Position numbers and translations under genes: made by a program
Shown here: positions 1 through 12,000 of the stretch, piece after piece
Layout: each line of letters starts with the position of its first letter
Numbering within the stretch: the stretch's first letter is position 1
Assembly: GCA_004524445.1 (NCBI GenBank)
Contig: SDNP01000033.1
Location: forward strand, 1 to 32,481
Direction of reading: 5' to 3'
DNA from: Candidatus Thorarchaeota archaeon
GTDB lineage: Archaea > Asgardarchaeota > Thorarchaeia > Thorarchaeales > Thorarchaeaceae
Length of the DNA stretch: 32,481 bases
Notes under the pieces: model-generated
The model's database searches: none
Told to the model about the DNA's origin: nothing
What the model saw: the letters and a program-made list of their open reading frames with translations, nothing else

Positions 1-1
1 T

Positions 2-3000
2 GATAATGTCTATGTACCTGACTCTTGGACTCTGAGGAAGGCGATTGGAGACACAACTTCCGGTTCTCCGCATCCGCTTCATGGAATATTCGAGATGAAC
101 AGGCAGCTCAGCAGTGGCTATGGCGGAACGACGGGTTGGCTCTTTGAGGCCCATTGGTACGCAAATGATGTTCTTAATACAGGCGATAAGATTTACTTAA
201 GCCAGCTCGCATCAGCTCCGTATCGTGAGTTGTATTCTGCTGAAGTTAGCTTCAGGTACAATGTTGATTCAGTATCCTCAATGCAGGACGAAGTGTACGT
301 CTTTGTTAATATTGCTGGTTACCAAACCAAAGTTCATATCTTTGAGAGTGGCGACACCACCAGTTCATGGCTTCAGCAGACAGTGAGCCTTACATCCAAT
401 CAAATATCTACTCTCAATCTTCCCAATTCTCTGTTGGTTGAGATAGGAATAGCTACCGATTTGAGCGGGTCGCAACCATCTGAAAGAATATATGAGGCAC
501 TAATTGATGATGTACAACTAACGCTTGATGTAAGACCGTTTCCAGAACAAGTAGATTTGAAGGCAAACGGCACAGCCGTAGTTGGCTGGAATCCTGGTAA
601 TATCTATGTATATGAACCAGACCACGATACTAGAGATGCCTGGGATGAACCCGGCACAGGCATTAGTCTAGACGGAAACTACTATGTTGGTTCTTCTGCA
701 GATCCCACTGTCGGAGTATATGGTGGTGATTGGAGTAACGCGAATCCGTATCAAATTGGAATCCAGTTTCCTGTAAACATACCCCAGGGTGCGGTGATAA
801 CATCCGCTTTTCTTGAGGTCGAGCCTGAATCTCAGGCTTCGTCAGGTGATCCTGACATGAGAGTCCATGTTGCTGGTTTTGATAGCGATGGTAGTGCGGT
901 TTCCAACTTCTCATCTGGCCTTCCTGAAATCGAGGATAGATACGAGTGGGTTGATACAAGTTTAGACTGGCAAGTGGGGGTACGATGGCTTTCCGACGTC
1001 AGGATTCAGCAAAGATCTCCCGAATTGAGGTCTCTTGTTCAAAGCGTTGTATCTGACTCACGATGGAGCCCGAATAACTATGTCGTGATTATGCTCGACT
1101 ACATGTATTCTGATTCTTACCGAGCTAGAAACAGCATCAAGGGTGCATACGGTTCTCGCTTCTCTCAAGATAAACTACCTCGATTATTCGTTGAGTACAA
1201 GATTCCCCTACCAAAAGATGAAGTCTATAACTTCGCCTATGAGAAGGACATTACAATCGATCATACTCAGGTTGCAGCTGATTTGACAGACTTCCCGGTC
1301 ATGGTCGAATTGTTTGATGCTGACTTGAAAACAAAGGTACAACCAGATGGTGATGATATTGCCTTCAGGATGGGAGAGAATCCTCTTGACTTCGAGATTG
1401 AGTTGTTCGACCAAGGCTATAGCCAGACTGAGGCTCATCTCGTCGCTTGGGTGAAAGTACCGACTCTTTCGAGTTCGACAGATACAACCATTACAATGAT
1501 GTATGGTAATCCCGATGCAAGGCCAGCGAGCTCTTCAGATACCTGGGATGGTTTTGAAATGATTCATCATATGAATGAAAATCCAACTGGGACTCTATAT
1601 GATAGCTCGTCAAATAATCATCTTGGAACATCTTACGGTTCCATGACTTCGGGTGACCTTGTCACTGGTCAAATCGATGGCGCAACAGATTTTGATGGAA
1701 GCAATGATGTTGTAAGTGTGGGGCAAATAGATACCGATGATTGGACTCAATTCACCACTAGTGCCTGGGTGTATTATCTTCCTGGTACGCAAGATCCCAG
1801 GATCTTTTCAAAGACGGATTCAACCACCTCGAATGACCACATATTGACCACGCGTATTGACAGTGGAACTCACACACTGACTGTTCGAATATCGACCGAT
1901 TATAGTGGATCCCAAAACGGGGCTAGTTATGCCACATCTGCAATACTGACGGAGGGAAACTGGTATCACATTGTATGGTCCTGGAGCGCTGCAACAGGCA
2001 CGATACTCGTCTATGTCAATGGCAATCAAGTGCTTAGTCAAGCGCATGATGGCAGCAGTATTTATGATTCAGTTGAAGTATTTACTATTGGCAATAATGA
2101 CTTGGAAAATTCACGCTATTGGAATGGAATTATAGATGAGGTTCGACTTACCCAATCAGTCCTCAATGAGAATTGGATTGACACGGAATACAATAACCAG
2201 TTAAATCCTTCGACCTTCCTGAGTGCCTCTAGCGAACGTTTGATTCGAGACACGTGGGAGAATGAAGACACCGCAACCATGACCTTCACCACCAGTTCAA
2301 CAGATCCCGTAACCATGGATGCAATAATGACCATGGACATCGAAGGCTCCGGTCAATCATTGGATGAGGATATGAATGACGGAACAACTTTCTATGCGGT
2401 TAATGGGACAAACACAGTTGATTGGACCGCCAATGTGCTCATCTCACCGCCAAATAATACTGACACACTAAATGCAGAGATTGACTACCCATTGACACAG
2501 TGGCGTCCAACAGGAGTAACCAACCCTCTAGGCGTAGTCAAGACATACGGCGCCGACTGGGACTATGATGGTGGGACTATCACGATATACAACACAGCAG
2601 TTGATGTGTGGGGTGTGTGGGTCTTGGAATTTGTAAGCTGGAATTACGTTGAAGAATTACAGCTTGGAATTAGCGGACAATCGCTTTCTGACTCTGCCAC
2701 TCTGAATATCAGTGATGTTCTAGAGGTTCGAGCAACCACGCCCTGGATTGAGAATGCAAGGGCAGGATTGGAACTGACTGATCCGAATGGTGTAGTATGG
2801 CATACTGATTACAAGACAACCGGTGTGCCGGGCACAGCTTGGCATGTCCCTTCATTCCAACATAGGATGCCCCTCACTGTTCCCTCTTCGCAGGTTGACG
2901 CTGATTTGACCAACTTCCCAATCATGGTGAGTTTTGCGGATACAAATCTTCAGAATACAAACAAGGTTCAGGCAGATGGCGACGATATCGTCTTCGTTCA

Positions 3001-6000
3001 GAATGGCGTCATTCTCTCACATGAAATAGAGAGGTTCGATCAATCCACCGGTAGGATTGTTGCATGGGTAAAGGCTAATCTATCCAGCTCAGTTGACAAC
3101 GGCCTCTATATGTACTATGGAAACCCTGTCATTGGTTCTTGCGAGAGCCGTGCAGATGTTTGGAGTGCAAATTATGAAGCAGTATGGCACATGGATGAGG
3201 ATGTGACAAATGAAGCCTCAGGAGGCATTCATTATGACTCAACTGCTAATGACTATCAGGGTACACAAAACGGGAATAGCAGAACCTCAGGCATTGCTAA
3301 CAGCTTTGGACAGGCGTTCGATGGTACAGACGATTGGATCGTGATTGACTCAGCAGAAGGACTTGACCCTTCCGGTGATCTCTCTCTTTCGGGCTGGTTC
3401 TATCTCCCCAGCACCTTCAGCAGTTCGTCATCTACATCCATGATGATTATGGAGAAGTACCTTACTGGAGATGACAACTTCCACATCGCCTTAGTTGGAA
3501 CTGATTACTTAGAATCCGGAGTCGACGCGGGAAGCTTGGCAGTCGGATTCGAAATAAATGGCAACGAATTCACCAAATGGACAACAAAAACATTCTGGTC
3601 ATCTGGCTGGTATCATTACACAGTGCTTGTTGATGCTGATACAGCAGCCAATTTACAGATTTACATTAGTGGAGCAGATACCACGAATACGGGAACTGCA
3701 GGTAGTGGGGGTACACCTTCCGATATGAGCTTGGACTTCTCAACCGATTGGGGCATAGGTGGCAGATATGGTGAAGACTCGGAGTTCGGCTCACCACCAG
3801 AGGCTTTCATGAATGGTGAAATGGACGAAATCAGGGTTTCGACAACGCTAAGACCTGCAGGATGGATATCCACCGAGTATAATAACCAAAACAACCCCAC
3901 TGGGTTCGTCCAAACTGGTAGCGAGCAACAGAAGACCTCCCCTGAGCATACTTTCACCAAGACAATCGATTCTAGTGCAATTGCAGGTGAATGGACCGCA
4001 AGCGTATACTACAATGACACCGGCACATCTGTTTCAGAAGCTACAGGTCTTTATGAACGCAATTTCATTATCAAACATGATAGCTCATTGGAGCTGCTAT
4101 CTCCAACTGATGCAGTTTCAGATAAGATCTCATTACGAGTCGCAGGAGACCTACTTGAGATAGAGGTTAAGCTCACTGATGATATTACCATAGATGGCAT
4201 TACTGGTGCAACCGTCAAAGTGAATTGGACGGTTTCTGACACTCCGACCGACATAACACTTGATGAATATGATGACGGGCGTTATGGAAAGGTACTGAAT
4301 ACATCCGATTTGAGTGATAACAAGAGATGGAGAATCATTCTTTCATCTTCGCATATCTACTACAATGACGCGACTGACTACTTCGATTTGGATTTAAATC
4401 ATGAAACCGAACTGACCTATACGAATGTTGAAACCACTCCAATAGGATTTGACTTTGCTGCAACGCTTGTCCTTAGAGATGTCTATGACGACACTCCGAT
4501 AACTGGTGCTTTAATTGCATTTTCTAATGGTACACCTGTAACCATCCTAGATCAGGGCGGTGGTAGATATAACATCTCATTGCCTACGAATAGTCTTTCA
4601 CTCGGCGACCATTGGTATGAATTCATGGCTTCCAAGAGCGGAGCATTTCTTGAAGATGACACAACGAATGTAACATTCACGCTGAGGAAGCACTACACCT
4701 CAGTTAGTGTGCAGGGTGACTTCATCACTCCATACGGCGAGGATACGGCTGTAAATGTCATCATTACTGACTTGGATACTGGAACTGCTCTTGCTGGAAC
4801 GGGATCCGTTTCCTCATGGACATTTTCATGGACCGGTGATTCGGATCAGGAGCCGTCACCAGCGGACTTCAGTTACCTCTTGGCCACAAATTCGTGGAGC
4901 ATCGGAACTGATACTGTGACCATTTCCGTTGCAATGACAGGCGATTACTATAGCCCCACTGACTATCAGTTTGATGTGCAAATCAGAAAGCACTACACCT
5001 CGGTCACCATTATTGGTGATCTGTTGACTCCGCATGGATTTGATACAGAAGTCACAGTTGTAATCACCGATATGGATACGGGAACAGTTCTATCGAACAT
5101 AGTGGATATATCATCCTGGACTTTTGACTGGGGAACAGGCTCAGACCCTGAATCCCCTCCGGGTGATTTCAATTACACATTGCCCTCGAGTGCGTGGAGT
5201 CTAGGTATAACTCAAGTTACGGTTTCCGTTGTGATGGCCAGTTATTACAGTAATCCTGCAAATCATCAATTCAATGTAGAAATACGGAAACACTATACTT
5301 CGTTATCAGTTCAGGGTGGCCTTGTAACGCCTTATGGTCAGACTACGGATGTCACGGTTGTCATTACAGATATGGATACTGGAACCATATTGGGTTCGAC
5401 GTCCTCCGTTTCATCATGGAGTTTCACTTCAAGCTATGATCCTGTTACTGAAACTACCCCCGTTGACTTTGCGGTCACTTTAACGAGCGATACCTGGCTC
5501 GTTGGAACCGAGACAGTGACTCTCTCGGTAACAATGAGTGGCATCTATTTTGATCCATCTAATTATCAGTTCAATTTAGAAATCAGAAACCACAGAACTG
5601 CCGCTTCCGTTATTGGAGAGTTTGTTACACCCTATGGGCAGACAACAGTCCTAACTGTTGTAATAACTGACCTGGATACTGGCACCTCATTAGCCAGTAC
5701 GAATGACGTGTCATCATGGACATTCTCATCAAGTTATGATTCTCTTCCTGAGAACCTACCAAGCGATTTTGATGTCACACTCAACACTGATTCATGGCCT
5801 TTAGGCATAGAAACTGTCACACTATCGATAACAATGAGCGGGAATTATGACAACCCTCAAAACATACAGTTCGACCTGCAGATTCGAAAGCACTACACAT
5901 CTGTGACTGTTATTGGAGACTTACTTACTCCTCATGGGTTTGATACTGATGTCACCGTTGTTATTACTGATACCGATAACGGCTCAATCTTGAGCAGCAC

Positions 6001-9000
6001 AAGCTCCGTGGCATCATGGATATTTGATTGGGGAACTGGTTCAGACTCTGAAACCCCACCTGGTGACTTCGTTTACACTATTACGACTAGTACTTGGAAT
6101 TTTGGCTTAACTACAGTGACTCTCTCTGTTTCGATGAGTGGAGTCTACCAGAATCCTTCCAATTACCAGTTCGATGTTGAAATAAGAAAGCACTATACAT
6201 CCGTTTCCGTGAGAGGAGGTCTCACAACACCATATGGTAACGCAACTTCCTTAGAAGTAGTTATTACGGACTTGGATACCAACTCAGTTCTAATTGATAC
6301 GAGCGTCGTTTCCTCTTGGACATTTAGTTCAAGCTACAGTCCTTATACCGATTCTAGCATTGATAGCTTCCTTGTGGCTCTACCTACCGATGGCTGGAAT
6401 GTTGGCATAGAAAGTGTCACGCTCTCCGTTACAATGAGTGGTAACTACAATAATCCATCCAATTATGTATTCGATTTGACCATCCGGAGTCTGGAAACTA
6501 CCCTGACGAATGAACCAAGTGACTTACTATTTCCAACGGGTGATGATTTCGTAATCATATTACAGCTCAATGTGACTGAGCAGGGCACCTATTATGGCGA
6601 CCCGATAAGTGGCTTGGCACAAAGCGATTTCACAGTTACAAACTCGACCTATACATATCCTGCTACAGTTGTGTCTTTGGGAGATGGACGATATAATCTC
6701 TCAATTGACGATCAAGGTCACTTTGTAGAAGGTAGCTACACGATTACTGTCTCAGTAGACCCAACGAGTTCACTCTATGCACTAAGCAAAGTTGTAATCA
6801 CTTTCGAATATCAGCCTGCAAGAAGCGACCTGACTTCAAATCTGTATACAATATCTACTCCATATGAAACAAATGCAACAGTGACCCTCACTTACTATGA
6901 CCTTGACAGAGGATCTGGCATTACAACAGCCACAATTAGTTCTAACAATACATGGATATCATACGTCCATGTAGGAAATGGAAATTATGAAGTAGAAATT
7001 GGTGTGTCCAACTTTGTATTGGGCAATAACTATGTCAATCTCACGGCTGATGCAGCGGGGTATGCGGCGCGTAGCATCATAATCAAGATTGTTGTTACTC
7101 GCATCCATACCGATGCCAATCCCTCGACAATCTCTATTGATATGCCCGTAGGCAATACTGAGATATTCTACATCGACTTCGTTGACTTGGATAATGATGT
7201 AGCAATCTATGATGCTGGCTCAACTCAACACATCAGTAATTGGACTGGCTCAGTACCAATCGAAATAACATGGACCGGTAGTAGATATGAAGTCAATTTC
7301 ACAACTACTGGCTCTGATCAACTGGGAATCTTCCTTATCAGATTCAACTTCAGCAACGGTCCGAATTATCAACCCGCAATCTGTGAAGTGGAAGTTGACA
7401 TACGCACTCATATTACGATATTCAACCTTGTAACTGCGGTTGAACCAACTGCCTTCAATGCGCTCATCAATATCTCTCTGCGTTACTATGACTTTGATAA
7501 CAAGATTGGAATCGATTCAGGAAATGTAGAGGATTATGTGTGGAACGGGACTGACTGGATATCTACCACCTTAATCTCTGAAGGGGGAGGAATCTATACC
7601 GTACAAATTGATGCTAACCAGTTTGGTGTGGGTGGACAGAGTTTCACCATATACTTCAATTGGACCGGTCCGGTTCAGCAGTTTGAAAACAAGACAACTA
7701 CCGCATCAGTCAATATCATAGGAGTTGGTTCCGAGCTTACGCTTATTGCATCATCCGAACCTACTCCTTACCTCGGCAATATGTCCTATACGATCAAATA
7801 TGCAGAGATTGATAGCGGACAAGGAATAGCAAACACGAGCAATCCCGAATACGAGGATGGTAACGTATTCATATACGTGGAGTTTGAAGGGACATCTGTT
7901 GATATATCCCTCGTTGATATCTGGGAAGTAGACCCGATTGGCAGTCCTGGTCAATATTCAATCAGGTTCAACACGTCCATATTTAGCTCCACCGGGCTAG
8001 TATACATGAGGCTTTACATAAACTGGTCTGCTGGCGTCCAACCATTCTATACCAATAGAACGGACACAATATCGGTGAGAATACTTTCACGTGATACGCT
8101 GGTTTCGATAGTGCCGGCTTCCTCAACTCCATATAATGAGATTGCAGAATTCTCATTTACCTACGAAGACACTCTTGCAGTCGAAAACATTGCAAATTCA
8201 AGCGAGTTATCGATTTCATTGAGTTTGAGTCAATATGATATAAGCTACAATGATGCATCTCGGTTGTTCACGGTCAGCTTCAATACCAGTCAATTTGGTG
8301 GCCTGGGAGAGCAATCATTCACGCTTGATGTGACATGGGCCGGTGTACCATTCTATGCTAATCGCACCGGTCGAATTGTCTTCGTGACCGTTTCGGCTCG
8401 CGGTACTGTTCTCGACTATCAGGCTCCTCCTCCAACATCGTTCGGTGAAGATGTATCATTCTCAATTACTTGGACTGATATTGCAGGGGCATCATCATCT
8501 GGAATCGAAGGTGCTACTGTAACACTATACGACGGAGCGTCGCCAATTAGTGCTACTTACTATTCTGTAACAGAAGCCGGGAACGGCGTATATGATGTTG
8601 TTCTAGATACCGCTTACAAATCTGAACCCGGTTATTATACACTCGGGGTAGAGATATCCGCTGTCGAATTCTATTATTTGACAGTTACATCTGACCGAAC
8701 ATTGAATATAAGACAACGAGTCACGATTCTGAGCTCAGATCCGGTAGGGGATGTGCCTTACAATTCTTCAATTGAGATTGTCCTTAATTTCCAGGACCAA
8801 ATAACTCTAGAAACCATCGGGAATGATTCGTTCTTGGTTTCCTTTGAAATTCTGACAGCTGGCGATTGGATCTACACTGTTACTTGGCGAGCTAGCAGAA
8901 GTAACTACTTGCTGTCTGTTGAAACATACAATCAAGCTGGCTTGGAGATAGGACAGGAGTATGAGCTCCATTTGAATATGAGCTATTCTTACACTGACCC

Positions 9001-12000
9001 ATATTACAGATGGGATGATTTTGTCGTTGCCTATCAGCTGCGATACAGAGCCTCCTCACTAGAGAAATCTGATACCCCAGTCCAGACAGCATACCTCGAA
9101 TACTCCAACTTCTCTATCTACTTCAAGGACGCAGATGCAGCAGCTGGCATATCTGGAGGCACCATATCCATACTGAAGGGCGGCTCGGATTTGATTCTTG
9201 GCACAGATTACATCTACTCGGATGCCGGAAGCGGGTATTATGATATATCGGTAAATACGACCGCGCTAGATGCACTTGGAATCACGCAAATCACTGTGCT
9301 AGCTAACTGGACCGGAGGATCACCCTATCATAGTAATGCAAGCCTGTCACTTGACCTGAGTGTCATTAGACGTGCTACCAACGTGATTGTTCTAGTTCCC
9401 CCCTCTCGGACCAACTACCTTGAAGATGTTGTTTTCGTGGTTGGCTTCACAGACTTGGGAACAGGGAATTTCCTAGATACAGATAAGAGCCTTGTCACAG
9501 TTTACAACGAGGGTGTACCTTTAGACCCCAGTGATTTCACATTTATTCAAATAGGCAGTGACTACAACTATGAGATATCTATTGCCTCGTCTGACCTAAC
9601 AGCTGTTTTGGTGTCAGAATTAAGCTTGACAATCTCGGTTGATTGGCCGGATGCACCTAACTACTATCAAGATGACTCAACCTCTGTTCGCGTTTCGATA
9701 ATCGCTCGTGATACCGCGCTCTCAGTAGACAAACCCACGAGAACCGCCTATGGCGAAAATGCCACTCTAATCTTCCAATATCTAGATACCACCAGTATCC
9801 CCGAGGTTGTCATAGAAGACGACCCGTCTCTAAGCATTGTAACCAATCTGACTGAAACGCCAACCATAACCTACGACTCGATTACGGATACATTCACGAT
9901 ATCTTTCAATACGTCTCAGTTTGGAAGCTTGGGAATCAAGTACTTCCATATCAACGTGACTTGGACTGGATCACCCTATTATAATAGCCGTCTTCTGCAA
10001 CTCTCATCCGTGAATGTGATTTATAGAGAAACACAAGCCAACTTCGAGGCTCCCGCCCCCACTCCCTACAATGATATTGCTACCTTTACCGTCACTTATC
10101 TTGACATTGCGGGAGAAACAGAAACTGGAATTGCAGACGCAACATTGACTATGTATTATGTGGGTTCTCCGATTCCCTCTGAAGATTATGTAGTTACACC
10201 AGATGGCGCTGGTGGGTTTACGGTGAATCTCGATACTAGTTTCTTCGCCGAACCCGGAACATACGAGCTCAATGCTAGTTTTGCCTATACTGGATCTGAA
10301 TTCCGCTCTGATGCTTTCGCTCTGAGAAATCTCATAGTGAGATTCAGAGGAACAATTCTATCTGCAGAGCCGGTTGGTGCAATTGGATACGAAACACAAA
10401 TCGAAACCTCTCTGGAATTTCAGGATCAGATAACCTTTGGTGCAATAGGAAATTCAACACCCCAAACGTCGTTTACAATTCTGAATGATACAGGTATCCC
10501 ATGGGCATTTACGATTCAATGGCAATCATCCACTGAAACATATTCTGTGATCATTGAAACAGAAGGTCAACCTCTCAGTGTCGGAGTTAGCTACGGTCTT
10601 CATGTAAATATGACATATGTTTACCAATCGCCGTACTATCTTCATGACGACACATACATATTCTTTTCAATAAGAAAACGAGCATCCCTTCTCAGTATCA
10701 ATGAGGCACCAACGCCCACGGCGTACGCAGAGCTTGCTGTCTTTGAATTGTTCTATGAGGACACAGATGAGCAACAAGGGATTGCAGGTGCTACTATTTT
10801 GATAGGGTCTCTCGTTCAAGGTACGGATTATTTTGTCACACCTGGTGCTGCTGGCTACTACTCAATTTCTTTAAACAGTTCATCCCTTGGCGCGCCTGGA
10901 TCATACAAGATCACTGCCACCGCAGATTGGCCAGATGCTTCAGAACCCTTCCATAGTGATGCTCTAAGGAACATTACTCTCTCTGTGACGGAAAGAAGTG
11001 CAGAAGTGGAAATCATAACTCCCCCAGGACAGGCTAGGTTCTTAGATAACTTCACGTTTGTGTTTGCATATACTGACACCGCAGGCAGCGAAGATGTGAG
11101 AATCTCTATTACTTCTGATGATATTATTATCTATGCAGAAGGAACTCCACTTCTTGACTCTGAATTCACCTTAACTGCGCTTTCCGGAAACGCTTTCCGC
11201 ATTAATATCAACTCCACCGTTTTGGCACCTACTCTAATCTCTGATTACAATGTTACAATTCTGGTTGATTGGACCGATGGCGTTGTTCCATACTACGAAG
11301 ATGACCAAACAGAACTATCTTTCACAAGCATAAGAAGGACATTGTCTGTAACTCTCGGGCAAATTCCTACAACTCCACTAGGCGATAATATGACAATTGG
11401 CTTCACAGTCAAGGATATCATAAAGAAGACGCCAGTAGAAGGAGCAGTTATCTACTTCGACTGCCAGAGTGTTTCGTTGGAAGAGGGCATATCATACTGG
11501 GTTTCCCAAGGTACAGGTGCCTTGGCGGGGCATTACAATGTGACTGTATGGACAAGCGCTCTTGGAGGAATCGGAGATTTCACTTTCGAGTTGGATGTCC
11601 ACTGGGCTCCCTCGTCCTCACCCTACTACGGTAATCTTTCAACTATCACTGTGTCAGGCAGCGTTGATCTCATCTGGTCAAATCTACAGAATGATGTTCC
11701 GTCCCCGTCGTCAGTCAGCATTACCGGGTCCGTCCAAATAATGGTCTATTTCACTGATCTTGATCACGCGGAAATCGGTATTGATGGAGCCACAATCGGA
11801 GTTACCTATATTGAAAGTGGACTCACACCTAGCGGTCTTACGGTCAATAATACGGGTCCTGGAACATACAATGTCAGCTTCAGTACAATTGACCTCAATG
11901 AAACTGGCGCATATACTCTCGTGATTTCTGCATCAAAATGGCCCTATGAAACAAAAGAAATCAATCCAACAATCACAGTTTCGGTCATCAGTACATCACT

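Noticed and set aside
95-97. ATG at 95 as the start of the giant protein
   Set aside because: The frame is open back to base 2 and no signal peptide follows this Met, so the start is outside the window.
4685-6484. Regular periodicity as a possible CRISPR array or mobile repeat
   Set aside because: The period is 300 bp, in frame and diverged at synonymous sites, with no short identical repeat-spacer structure and no cas genes. It is a protein domain repeat.
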